Below are positions 24,847-37,562 of a stretch of DNA of 64,000 nucleotides, piece after piece. Made by a program: the position numbers and the translations under genes. The DNA comes from Priapulus caudatus (Eukaryota): assembly GCF_000485595.1 (NCBI RefSeq), contig NW_014577084.1, positions 739,730 to 803,729 of the forward strand, written 5' to 3'. The stretch's first letter is position 1. Every line of letters begins with the position of its first letter. The notes under the pieces were generated by a model, which was not told the origin of the DNA, did not search any database, and saw only the letters and a list, made by a program, of their open reading frames with translations.

Positions 24847-26590
24847 GGAGCGTTCCCAACTTTAACGTCATTAATGTCGTGATATAAAAGAGATATAAAG
24901 GGGGGGTGGATCGATATCAATTAGATAGCAAGGGGGGTTAGATATGAAATAGATATCAAAGGAGGGTGGGTGGATTGATATCAATTAGATATCAAAGAGG
25001 GGTTAGATATGAAATAGATATCAAGGCAGGGGTTATATAGGGTATATAGAGGGAGCAAGCAACATTGAGACTGGGGTATGTTCGCTTCGTTTCGCTGGAC
25101 TTCGCTGGACTTCGTTGCTCGACCAAGCAACATTGAGACTGGGGTATGTTCGCTTCGTTTCGCTGGACTTCGCTCGGCTTCATTGCTCGAGCAAGCGAAA
25201 TACAGAGCGGGGCCATGTTCGCTTCATTTCGCTGGACTTCGCTGGACTTCGTTGCTCGAGCAAGCAAAATACAGAGCGCGACCATGTTCGCTTCGTTTCG
25301 CTGGACCTCGTTGGAATTCGTTGCTCGAGTAAGCAACATTGAGACTGGGGTATGTTCGCTTCGTTTCGCTGGACTTCACTGGACTTCATTGCTCGAGCAA
25401 GCGAAATACAGAGCGGGGCCATGTTCGCTTTGTTTCGCTAGACTTCATTGCTCGAGCAAGCGAAATACAGAGCAGGGCCATGTTCGCTTCATTTCGCTGG
25501 ACTTCGTTGCTCGAGCAAGCGAAATACAAAGCGCGACCATGTTCGCTTCGTTTCGCTGGACTTCGCTGGACTTCGTTGCTCGAGCAAGCGAAATACAGAG
25601 CGGGGCCATGTTCGCTTCGTTTCGCTGGACTTCGCTGGACTTCGTTGCTCGAGCAAGCAAAATACAGAGCGGGGCCATGTTCGCTTCGTTTCGCTGGACT
25701 TCGCTGCACTTCGTTGCTCGAGCAAGCGAAATACAGAGCGGGGCCATGTTCGCTTCGTTTCGCTGGACTTCGCTGCACTTCGTTGCTCGAGCAAGCGAAA
25801 TACAGAGCGGGGCCATGTTCGCTTCGTTTCGCTGGACTTCGCTGGACTTCGTTGCTCGAGCAAGCGAAATACAGAGCGGGGCCATGTTCGCTTCGTTTCG
25901 CTGGACTTCGTTGCGCGAGCAGGCAAAATAGAGAGCGGTGCATCTTCCCTTCGTTTCAATCGCCTTCGCTGCTCGAGCAAGCGAAATACACAGCGGGGCC
26001 ATTTTCGCTCCGTTTCGCTGGACTTCGCTGGTCGAGCCAGCAAATTAGAGACGAGGGGTATGTTCGCTTCCTTGCGAAGAAGAGAGAAGAAGAGAAGAGA
26101 GAGATGGAGGGAAAGAGGTCGAGTGAGAGAAAATGAGAGAGAGAGATAGAGAGATAGAGATAGAGATCGTTTCAGAAAGAGATAGAGAGGTAGAGTGAGA
26201 AAGGGGAAGAAGAACAGAGATGGGAAGAGAGCAAGCGAACATGACCCCGCTCTGTATTTCGCTTGCTCGAGCAGCAAAGCCGAGCGAAGTCCAGCGAAAC
26301 GAAGCGAACATGGCCCCGCTGTGTATTTCGCTTGCTCGCGCAACAAAGTCCAGCGAAACGAAGCAAACATACCCCAGTCTCAATGTTGCTTGCTCCCTCT
26401 ATATACCCTATATATAACCCCCCTTGATATCTATTTCATATCTAACCCCCCCTTGATATCTAATTGATATCGATGCAGTCCCCATGATATCTATTTCATA
26501 TCTAACCCCCCCTTGATATCTAATTGATATCAATCCACCCCCCCTTTATATCTCTTTTATATCACGATATTATAAAGTTGGGAACGCTCC
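24847..26590. mobile_element. Foldback-like element with 69-bp tandem repeats in inverted arms (FOXRED1 intron 1)
   Basis: GGAGCGTTCCCAACTTTA..TAAAGTTGGGAACGCTCC; ~14 units of a 69-bp repeat (25050-26070), GA-rich spacer, ~3 inverted units (26228-26400); short relative at ~33630-33800. Confidence 0.8.
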
Positions 26591-26665
26591 ATTTAAACAA
26601 TGTGCAGCAAACTCCACAATTTACATCAACCACACTGCTTCTGCTGTGCATTACTCTTTGTATAC

Positions 26666-26822
26666 CTGGAAGTTTTGTGACATCATCTCTTAGAATCTTC
26701 CACACACGCTTGATGGAGTTTCCCTCAGTTACTCGGATTACCTTGTCTGGATCGAAATTGCCTGACTTGTGAGAACCTGTCGAACTGGTGCATAACAGAC
26801 GCCTTGCACAAACCCGCAACAT
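26666..26822 (-). CDS. FOXRED1: FAD-dependent oxidoreductase domain-containing protein 1 (complex I assembly factor), coding exon 1
   Basis: MLRVCARRLLCTSSTGSHKS.. is presequence-like; CCAG|gtata donor, phase 1, matches next exon; an upstream acceptor (ttttgatacag) implies a 5' UTR intron. Confidence 0.75.
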
Positions 26823-29800
26823 TCTTGATCTGCCTGCTGTATCAAAATAAAAAATTCCCATTATCATTTATTGCTATAAACAACTGTATGAACAATCGCT
26901 TTTCTTTACAATATTTATTTGAAAGGGAGACGCTAGGCACAGAATATATCATCATGTACGTTCCATTCCAAACCCCTCTGCGACAGGCAGTGTTGTTTAG
27001 CTCAACTACTACTTTTACTGCTCCCATTCACTTATAATTTGAATTTGAGTATTTCAAATGAATACTTATAAAAACACTTCAGAAGGAATGCACAGCTCTT
27101 GCAATGCATTAACCAGTAATGTATACATGTATATGCTTTGCAATAGTGGCGACATCTATAAACTACAATAAAAGTGTCAATGACACTGTAGCTCACCACA
27201 AAAAATGACACAAATGAGTGAGTGAGAAGAAGTCAGTTTTAATTGAGCAACCATCGACGTACATTATAGAAACAAAAAGTATATATATGGGAGAACTCCC
27301 ATTATATACTCTTGATAATTATGTGTAATTTTTTATGTGAAAATAATAAATAATATTATAAATTATAAATAATTTATAAACCAAAATGAATCACAATTTG
27401 TGACGGTAGATGGCGCTATACCCGCTTTGATGTTTCTTAGCATAAATCATTATATCATAATAATAATAAATAATAAATAGTAAAGTATAAATCATAATAT
27501 GTTCATAGCAGGAATTTTGCATTAAAGATATTGTCAATGAAATCTTGTAAAACGAACCAGACGAGTGTGACACCCACAGACTGTTTGTGTCTATATAATA
27601 TGCTATATAATTGCCAAAACCTACCTAATTTGCATAATTTTTTTTTAAATATCAAAATCCCTAGCCCTTATTCATTCACATACAAACAAGTGCCGCATAG
27701 CGACAGCGCTCATCTAACGTCTACTGCGGTGACTCTGTGGTGAGTGGTGGGATTCTAGTAACCAAGGCCATGTTGATTGCATTCACATACTACAGCGAGA
27801 AATATGTGGAATGCATAGAGATGGTATCAGGAAACCTTCTCAAAGAATGTTCGTTGGGATCGTTATGAAAGTTGCCACGAGATGGCGCGTACGTTTAAGT
27901 GTCTTCAGATTAAAGATGGAAGCTCCCATCATTCGTAGTAGCAACAACTATTTGCAAGACAGAATAGGTAAGCACTCATCCATTTACCTACGCAAGCCTA
28001 CAGGCTGCAAATAGAGAGCTGCCACCTGCAACCAATTAACGCAGGCAAAAACTGCCCCAACACATGCACTCATTGCACTGGCAGCAGCCACTGGCAGTGG
28101 CATACGTTACATGTAACATACTGACACTACAGAATGCCATATAAATTATACGATTTAAGGAGCATAAACCTTCTTTAAACAAATTTAGCTTTTGAAATTT
28201 CACTGTGACCTTGTAGCCTCATACATCCAGGCATGTATAGATTCTACTAGCAAACCCCGGCAGTCAAATTCTTTCTAACAGACAGTCAACAAATCCATGT
28301 TTAACCCTCCTCTTGAGGGTCAAAAGGTTATCAGACACTTACTCTTTCGCACGTCAGTGGAAAGCAGATTTCATGGTCCTTTCAATAAAGCCATAAAAAT
28401 GATAGGTCACCGCTGAAACAAAAAAGTTTTCCAATCGCTCCGTCAGACCCATGTCCTCAGAAAATGTCTAAAATCTGCCCTGTGCTCCATTGCCCTTTGA
28501 CCTGTGACCTCCAATTTCGGCACAGTGATGGCTTTTCCTACCATGATGCTATACACCGACTATCACGAGCCTAGGTCGAGCCATTTAGATTTGTGCCGCC
28601 AATTCTGCATTTCCTCAAACCTTAAGTTAAGGAGTGAATGTTCCCCTTCTTTTACACTCTTGACCTTTGACCTTTGACCCCCAGCTTCGACATCTCCAAC
28701 TCGTTTTCGGATTACCCCGCCCCCACCCACCCACCCCACACATCCCGAATATCGTGACCGTACGTCGAGCGGTTAAGATTTGTGCCCAACTGTTGACGGA
28801 CGGACGACGGACGGACGCGACACCGCACGCACGCACGGACGATAATGCGATTCTACAAGCTCAGGGTTCTCCCTACGTTGCGCAAACAGGGCGCCCGCGC
28901 CCCGTTTGGGAAAACTCCCCCTGTTTTCAATCGTTGCGCCCCGTTTGAATTACCTCCGCCCCGATTAAATTCCACCACAATAAAAGTTTGACAGAGAAGG
29001 AATCGATCGTCAGAATTCCATTCGACAGGACCACCGACGAGCGTGTAATTTTTACGGTACCACGCATGCACTGCAGCCCATACACAAGTTCAAACAGTTA
29101 ACCTGTACCCGAACCCAAACAATAACTATACAACCGCGACTCGGCTATCTTATATATACAAGAACCCCAAATACCCTCTATGGTGTGGTGGCGATTTTAC
29201 GCATTAATTAGTGGTAGCGGTAAAAAAACACGCCCCCTGGACCTCCCTAGTTTCCCTCCCTCCCCCCCTGTTTCAATTTCATCCTGGGGAGAACCCGTGA
29301 AGCTGCATCTGACTACGTCAGATGAGCTAACAAATCGAACATATTTATACCTAATACATATAGCTACTTATAGTACTACCCTCCTTCTAACACAATATAT
29401 ATGAGTTTTGCTCGATATCTGTTTGAAATAATCAAATAAATAGCCAGATATCTCTAGTCTAGGTGTTGTACTTCCATTTAGAATGGCAACTTCAGGTCTC
29501 GTAGAATGTAGCAGCATAGTTACGTTAGCAAATAGTAGAGATGTTCAAACCGATGCAATGATTGCAGATTCCAAATGAGACCAGCGCGCGTCACAGGTTA
29601 GATGGCAGATAACTCTGGCTTTAACGTCAGTCGAACACATACATATATATACATACTGCAGCAGCCTAGGTAACCATGCCTAGGCTCCGGCCTCGTCTCG
29701 ATCTCTCTCCGGCTCTCTACATAGTAAATGTGTGTCTGACTAATGTGTCTTTCTGTGGGCCGTCACTATATCAGTCTCTATGTCTCTTATATCCACGTCC

Positions 29801-30473
29801 CATATATTAACTGATTCAAAGGCTTATCGGGCACTTCCACAATCCGGTCTATTGTCCAGCCTGCTTATTCTAGTGATAACACATTGTCTCTCAACGTGCG
29901 CGGTGGGGCACATTGGGGTATGTTATTACAATAATATCGAGGAGATAATACCTAAGGAGCGCTGGTCACCCAAGTTGGGGGCATGTATACACAGCCACAG
30001 GCACTTATGGAACATCTCAATAAACAAAATAATGGTAAATTAAACACGAAATGTATTTACTACCGAAAGTCGTCCAATGCAGTTTGTTGGCAGTATTAGT
30101 CGAATTAATAACTAAACAGAGGGCACTCACGGAGAGTGCATACCTCCGCGAGTATGTAACATGTATGTGCTCGCTGGGCGGCATGCTGACTGACTCACCG
30201 CTCACTGGTGGCTGCTGCTGACCCGCCCCTTGCTGACTCGACGCGCTATCGATCGCGCCGCCCACGATCGCTGACTCGGCGCGCTATCGATCGAGCGGTG
30301 GCTACACACACCACACAAACACACGTGCGCGCGCGAGCGATTGAATAATCAACCTCCGTTTGCGCGGAGGTATATAAATGATATATATAGCCTAGGCTAT
30401 AGCTCTAGTAACTATAGCCCGCGTACAGTTGCCGCAGGCTGCGGCAGTCCTGCGGCAACTGTACGCGGGCTAT

Positions 30474-30892
30474 AGAGTACCGGAAGTGTGACGTCACGTT
30501 GGCAAGACAACGCACGGCTGGTTCTACACAAGCCACTGGCTCCATAAGGGTTTACTGCGTGAAAATGTTGTGCGTACGTAAAACACGAGTGGTGCGCTGC
30601 AGACAGCGGTAAAGCATCGGTAGCAAGTCGATCTTACAAATATTAATGAATTTTAAAAAAATTTAATTTTTTAAAAAAAATTTTTGTTGTTGTTAATTAT
30701 TTTTATTTTTTTTGTTGATTTTCACTTCCATCTTTTGAAATCTATAAAAACTGCAATAATTGACTTCTCAGAATGATGGTTAAAGATCGGGTACAAAACA
30801 CGACACGTTGTTAATGTTACCAGAGCATATGATTGTGTAGAACGCAGCAGGCTCGTTGTCATGCCACCGTGACGTCCATCACTTCGTACTCT
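30474..30892. mobile_element. AT-TSD MITE (ISL2EU-like), absent from the homologous site at ~20986
   Basis: AT|AGAGTAC..GACGTCAC...GTGACGT..GTACTCT|AT; empty site ggctATagttac in the other copy. Confidence 0.75.
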
Positions 30893-30931
30893 ATAGTTAC
30901 TAATACTAGAGCTATACCTAGGCTATAGCAT

Positions 30932-31974
30932 AAGCCTTATCGCCAATCGTTAAATATCACCAGATGGGCCCCGCGCCGGCAAAGCATGATGGGGATGGAA
31001 AAGGGGGCAACGATCGGCGCTCATAGATAATATACGCACGGCTATGGTGATAGGAAAGGATACTAACTATTATATCTCGCAAAACGAATTGAGTTACATG
31101 TCTAGAAACTAGAGGAATATAGACACATGTCTTAGCTATAATCTCTGTAAATTTCAGTTTGTTGAAGGCACGACTAGTCTAATTAATATACTAAATAAAT
31201 GCGAACGGATCGCGCAGTAGGCGCGCCTATTGCGTGCAGCCGGCTATACGCACGGCTATGGGTGATAGGAAAGGATACTAACTATGTATATCTTCAAAAC
31301 GGAGTTGAGTTACATTTCTGGAAATCATAAGGAATATAGACAAATGTCTTAGCTATAATGTCGTGAATTTTCCAGTTGTTGAAGGCACGATTAGTCTAAT
31401 TAATATACCGAAATATATGCGAACGGTATCGCGCATAGGCGCCTATTGCGTGCACCGGCTATTTACGCACGGCTTGGGTGATAGAAAAGGATACTAACTA
31501 TTATATCTTCCAAGGAGTTGAGTTACATTTGCTGGAAATCATAAGGAATAAGACAAATGTCTAGGCTATAATGTCTGTTAATTTCAGTTTGTTGAAGCAC
31601 GATTAGTCTAATTAATTACGCAAATATATGCGAACGTATCGCGCGATAGGCGCCTATTGCGTGCACGGGCTATACGCACGGCTTGGGTGATAGAAAAGGA
31701 TACTAACCTATTTATATCTTCCAAAGGAGTTGAGTTACATGTCTAAAATGTCAGGAATATAGACACATGTCTTATGCTATAATCTCTGTAAATTTTCAGT
31801 TTGTTGAAGCACGATTAGTCTAATTAATTACCAAAATATGCGAACGGTATCGCGCATGCATACTGACGCCTATTGCGTGGCAGCCGGCTGCTAACCGCTC
31901 GTGGCGGCGGCGGCGCTAGTAATGCCCCTTTCCTATCCCATGACGGCATTGCTGTTCGATTGGCGATAAGGCTT
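30932..31974. mobile_element. AT-TSD MITE (ISL2EU-like) carrying four ~213-bp tandem repeats, absent at ~21023
   Basis: AT|AAGCCTTATCGCCAATCG..CGATTGGCGATAAGGCTT|AT; repeat units start near 31031, 31245, 31461 and 31671. Confidence 0.75.
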
Positions 31975-34137
31975 ATTGCCTGCGGCAACTGTACGCAGGC
32001 TATAGTTACTATAGAGCTAGTGGCAAGCTACATTGCCTAGTATTACAATTCGATACATATACTTGTAGTTATAGTTTCGAACAGCAACAGCTAACATATG
32101 GTGATCGATAAAAGAATATACCTACCTAATACTGATAGAGAATAGTGAGATACGCCCAGCGTGCAGTGTGCAAGACGTACTAGCGCCATAACCTTACAGT
32201 ACAATTTCATTACAGAGATAAAAATAGACTGGTACTCGCTCCTACCTCGATTACACCGATTAATCGATGGAATCCTAAGCCGAGAGGTGGGACCGGGTAC
32301 CAGTCTAAGGGGAGAGATATAGTGATCGCTAGGGGCGGCTCTGATTGGCTAATTTGTCTCTTATTTATTTTAGTTTTTATTATTTTTGGCTAATTTTGTT
32401 TTATTTAGAATTAGGGATAGAGTTAGGGTTAGGGGGTTAGGATTAGGGTTAACTGATTACTATATCCACAACTTATTTCTATATTCACTATCTCTCCGCG
32501 AGACCTACTAAAATTGCTCTCTGTTAGTTGTGGCGGCGGCGCACGGCGATTTTTTTTCAGGGTTCAATCCTGAGAACAATATAATACATATATATATAGT
32601 CTATATATTGTTCTAGCGGTCAATCAAGAACATAGGGCTCTAGTGAGCGCTGCTATTGGTTGAGGCCTGTTGCGTCGTTCAATGACGTCCCAAGTGTCGT
32701 CATATTCATAGGCACATCCAAAATCCATAACTCCAATAATCCTCAATACGCCGAGCGAGTACAGCACGCAATCAGAGCATATAAATCACCTTATATGCTT
32801 TATATGATTTATATGCTCTGACGCGCAATTCAGGGCTGAAAGGTCGGTGGATCGAATCCCATCGGTTTTTTGAATTATTTTCCTGTTTTCTGTATTTTCT
32901 ATCTTTATCCATTTAACAATTTTTTCTGAATTGACGGCAAATATTTTACATGATTTATTTACAACAATTTAATAACAACAATTAATTTTTACAACAATTA
33001 AAAAAATTTTATATATTTTTTTAAATAGGGTTAGGGTTCAGGCCCGTAGCCAGGGGGGGTTCGGGGGTTCGAACGAACCCCCCCCCCCCCAGGCCCCCCC
33101 AAACAAAACAAAATGTTTTTTGAAAATTTGCAAGAATTTCACCTCAGGTCGCTCCATTTTAGTGTAATAATTGCAAAATCCCCATCGTGCGGAAGGGTGA
33201 ACAGTGAACACCCCCCTCCCATACCCTAGCTCCCCCCGCTCGGTCGCTTGGCTCCCTCGCCTGGTCGCTTCGCGCCCGAGCAGGGGCGTGTACAGGGGGG
33301 GTCCAGGGAGTCCGGACCCCCCCTTGCTCGCGCAGAAAACGCATCTGAGGGGGTGTAATTTTAAAAAATTTCTGGGGGACAATGCTTACGGTAGTTATGC
33401 CGCCTAGCGTCAAAAATATGAAACAAACGAATGTAATCATTACAGACTAGTCATGCTTCGTCTATGACAGTGCTTTCAAACTGGTGAATGAAATTTTGTG
33501 ATAAAGACTCGAGGGTGAGCGACACTGAAAAAGTGAAGCACAGGTCTATGATACCATAACCCTACGTATTAATTACGTATCATATGTACGTGTGCATGTA
33601 CACTGTACCTTGTTTTGCACGTTGGCTAACGCTCCATTATGAGTGTTCCCAACTTTGATATCATTAATGATTAATGATTAATGATTAATGATTAATGATT
33701 AATGATTGATAATCCTAACCCTAAATGACATTAAACCACAAACTAATAATATATGACATTAAAGTTGGGAACACTCCTAGTGGAGTATCACCCCAGAACG
33801 GTGCCTTACTGCAGATTTACAAAAACCGATTACACGTATTCATAAGCCTCGTCTACACGACGAACCTTAACTCGAGTTAGCGATTATTACCGATTTATTA
33901 TGCGTGCGTGCGTACGTACACGTGCGTGCATGTGCACGTACACGTGCATGCGTACGTGCGTGCATGAGTGTGTGCAAGTACGCGTGCGTGCGTGGTGCGT
34001 ACGTACATCTTACTAGTGCTGCCGCCTATCGTGGAGGTTAAGCTAACTCGAGTTAAGCGTATAAACGGGCTCGTTAGCTCAACTCGATCGACTATAGATC
34101 ATCGATCACTGTAACGTTCCAAGCTAACGTAAATTAT

Positions 34138-34344
34138 CACAGGAACTTGGAGCGTTTCAATAAAATATAATGCTAAATAAATACGAAATCTATTTACTAC
34201 GAGTCTTCTCTAATCTCCTTCACCTAGTATTATTGCCGACAATCCGTGCTGCAAATGCTCCAACGGCAGCAAACACACGCTGCTACGCGGCTGCACACTT
34301 ACATATATCTATATGGAAATATTGAAACGCTCAAAGTGCCTGTG
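34138..34344. mobile_element. MITE with CACAGG..CCTGTG termini and 8-bp TSD
   Basis: TSD TAAATTAT at 34130-34137 and 34345-34352; same family ends at 1544, 20518 and 29996. Confidence 0.85.
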
Positions 34345-34672
34345 TAAATTATGAATTATTATAAGATTTTATAACTACATTTTCCTGGTGTAGAGTAACA
34401 AAGGCAGGAGAGATGACAACCAAATAAAATTATACGATACAATAAAAATTTATTGCTGTGAATAAACAAAGATTTCATATAGCCAACACGGTGTACGAAG
34501 ATCGATAAAAAAACGCAGAGTTCAAAAATACGTTTAGTGTTGCGAAAACTAAGGGAAAATCCGATTTTACAATAAATGATTGATCGTTAAAAGTAATGAT
34601 GCTACACCAACTATATTTACAATAATATTTACATTACAAAACTCTTCTCGATACAGATCACTAGCTAGAAGA

Positions 34673-35302
34673 TTACTTCGCTGCCTTCTTGGGAGATTTC
34701 TTTGCTGGTTTCGCCTTCTTTGGTGTCTTCTTAGTGGCTGCTTTCTTTACCGTCTTTGGCTTAGCAGCTTTCTTTGCAGGAGATTTCTTTGTTGATTTTG
34801 CTGCCTTTTTTGCAATAGCCTGAATAGGTTTCTTGGCCGTCTTCGGTTTTTTTGCTGCTGCTGTTTTAGCTTTAGGCTTCTCCGTAGTTTTCTTTGATAT
34901 AACTGCAGGCTTCCTCGGCTTTGCTGCTGCTTTCTTCGCTGCAGGTTTCGCTTTAGTCTTCGGCGTCTTCTCAGCGGTCTGCTCTCCAAGACGGAAACTT
35001 CCAGAAGCCCCTGTGCCCTTGACTTGCTTCAGTTGACCACTAGTTACTCCTCGCTTCAAGCACATCTTCAGGTGAGCATTGATGATCTTGTCATCGTTTC
35101 CAACCTTGTAATGCGCCTTGATGTACTTCATAATCGCCTGGCGAGAGGAGCCTCCTCTTTCCTTCAGACTAGTGATGGCTGATTGCACCATCTCGGAATA
35201 CTTCGGGTGACTTGCCGGTGCCTTCGCCTTCTTTGTTTTAGCCACAGCCTTCTTCTTTGGCGATTGTGCAACTGCTGCCGCTGTTTCTCCTGTGTCTGCC
35301 AT
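34673..35302 (-). CDS. H1: Linker histone H1, H1-delta/H1.0-like (replication-independent type), copy 1, 209 aa
   Basis: [43 protein letters not shown] winged-helix domain with K/A/P-rich tail; intronless; TATATAA at 35392-35398; AATAAA at 34449-34454 (minus strand). Confidence 0.95.
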   Translation of the reverse strand: MADTGETAAAVAQSPKKKAVAKTKKAKAPASHPKYSEMVQSAITSLKERGGSSRQAIMKYIKAHYKVGNDDKIINAHLKMCLKRGVTSGQLKQVKGTGASGSFRLGEQTAEKTPKTKAKPAAKKAAAKPRKPAVISKKTTEKPKAKTAAAKKPKTAKKPIQAIAKKAAKSTKKSPAKKAAKPKTVKKAATKKTPKKAKPAKKSPKKAAK

Positions 35303-35389
35303 CTTCACTGTATTGTATAACAAACCGAACTACAGCAACTACACCTTGCTAACCGAATTGTACTTATGCCGCTCGTTCGCCGCTGTCGC

Positions 35390-35490
35390 GGTTATATAGT
35401 AAAAGCGCGGATGTGAGCGAAAACACCCAACACGCTCGGCGCGGAACGACGCGTTTTGGTCTCACTGACACGCTAATTGTGTTTGTTACA
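35390..35490 (-). promoter_or_regulatory. H1 copy 1 promoter: TATA box, conserved CTCACATCCGCGCTT block, H1 (AC) box AAACACA
   Basis: TATATAA 35392-35398; AAACACA 35478-35484; intervening block shared with the copy 2 promoter. Confidence 0.75.
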
Positions 35491-36867
35491 TTGTAAAAAC
35501 CCATACTTGTGTCACATCTTATGATTAAAAACTGGTAACATTTAGTTTTATAAAAAGATAAGTTCATAAACTATCATCTCACTACAATTGTGTTTAGTTT
35601 AGTGTCGATTCTGGCTAGTTATTCATATAAGTAACCTATGTGTGTGTATGAATTTGTGTAGAGTTACCGGAATTATTACATTTATTAATAATTTTGTGCA
35701 ACGTTTGTTGTTTCTGGTTGCAGGGTATGAAAGGTTAATATCTTAGCTATGCGTATATAAAATTCTCCATTTGTAGGTGGTATCGGTAAGTAGCAAAGTG
35801 CCCATGTTCGTGACTTGGAGAAAACAGTTGTGACCACGGAAATCAAGACTCGCCATTTTAGGATTTTCAATAGGCCCAAATTCGTTCACTGATTTGTAAG
35901 GTTTCTAGCCAAGTATATTATTTAGGATTTGGCTTACGTATGAATGTACACATATTTAAGAGTTATGTGGTTTGTGGTTGTAGGATGTCGTTTTAATCAT
36001 ATACAATATGTGAAACAAACGCTGAATGTACTCGTGCCGCATATAGTGTTTACAACGTCGCCGAGTTCACCATACGAACATGTATGTTCGATATGTTTTA
36101 TTTTCTCTCAGTTTCCGTTATAATTTGCAAATGTATGCTCAATTATGTTAACTTTTAAGCCAAATATATGGGGTACTAACATTATTACGCCATAGTCTCT
36201 TTGTATTTCACGGTTTTAGAGGGTGAATAGTCCATGTATTTTGTTGTCGTATAGGCTGGGTCGTCGCCATGATGGTTTTTCTCTTGCAAGAATGCCTAGT
36301 GCAATCCTTTCGTGAAGTATATAAACAAAGTTGCCGGTGTCTAAAATATAGTTACATTGTTTACAAGCATATCGTTTGTATGAAATGCGTAACGTGGTTG
36401 GCTTTTTATAATGTAGCATTGTTCTGCAGATGTGAATAGGGTTCAAATAACCTAGCTATTACATGTAGGCCCCTATATATTTGTACGTAAATAACAAGAG
36501 CATATAAACGCCCCTCTAACTCGGTTTACGTAGTGTTTGATAGTGTGTACGTATTACCATCTACACGTATATATATATATATATACGTATATACATATTA
36601 TAAATTGTAATTCATTGTAATTCATTGTTGTCATTGTAAACATAGTTATGCACCTGAAGATTCTATAAAGATGAATTAAAGCGCTTGTGTAAAACTAAAT
36701 GTCGGATAACTGTTTATAAAAATACATGTACATATATACATACTGTAATCATACATGTATAACGTTGCTGCTGCAATGCACTTATGAAACTTTTGACTAA
36801 AATTTCATTATACAGTACACATATGATCTATTACATGTTTTGTAGTGCCGCAACTTAGGTAATTTAC

Positions 36868-37115
36868 GCACGAAGGGTCGTTGTCGTAACAGGTACTACA
36901 GATATGTACCCGAGGTAGTTTTAGGTTGTTTAATATTATGTTTATATTTTTATATGAGGTATGTTTAGGGTTAGGGATAGTGTTAGGTTTAGGGTACACT
37001 TCTGTAGTACAAGTCTGGTACACTTCTGTAGTACAAGTCTGGTACACTTTGTGTATACATATATGTACCTCGGGTACATATCTGTAGTACCTGTTACGAC
37101 AACGACCCCTTGAGC
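36868..37115. mobile_element. MULE-type MITE, same TIR family as 39574-41198, with internal TTAGGG-like tract
   Basis: GGGTCGTTGTCGTAACAGGTACTACAGATATGTACCCGAGGTA inverted repeat; 9-bp TSD GTAATTTAC. Confidence 0.85.
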
Positions 37116-37562
37116 GTAATTTACTGTACGTAGCACATTAGACGTACACACTTGTCTTTCCTTTAAACTTTGTCTTGTCTTTACTGTCATTTAAATTCTC
37201 ATCTCTTAGTCAAATGCAAAGATCGTAGAGTGGCCTACGGCACTCTAGAATCTTTGGTCAAATGTTACTGGTAGTGTAATTATGTTCATTACATGTGTTA
37301 ATTACAATTATGTAGCTTACACCTCTGAAGGTCCAAAGCATGTGTACCAACAAAAAGATCAGAGTAAAATTGTACAAGACGAGATTTATTCTTGCAGATA
37401 TAATCACCACACAAAATTACACGACTTTGAGATTAACAAATCAGAATATTTAAGCACAATTCAGATTTTAATGAGCTATTGAAAATACATAATACAATGG
37501 AGACCGATTTCAATGGATATGTACATTTATTTACACAACGATTTATATTCATTATCGACAGA

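Larger units (their letters stand above)
28999..32873 (+). repeat. Duplicate of 19530-21935 (alternative haplotype or assembly duplicate) with two extra TE insertions
   Basis: Collinear near-identity with scattered single-base indels. Confidence 0.9.

Noticed and set aside
24992..26467. Repetitive ORFs (MFASFRWTSLDF.. etc.)
   Set aside because: The 69-bp unit is a multiple of 3, so all six frames stay open; intronic transposon arm.
34440..34672. Histone 3' stem-loop after the H1 genes
   Set aside because: No GGCYCTTTTCAGRGCC-type hairpin downstream of either stop; AATAAA present instead.
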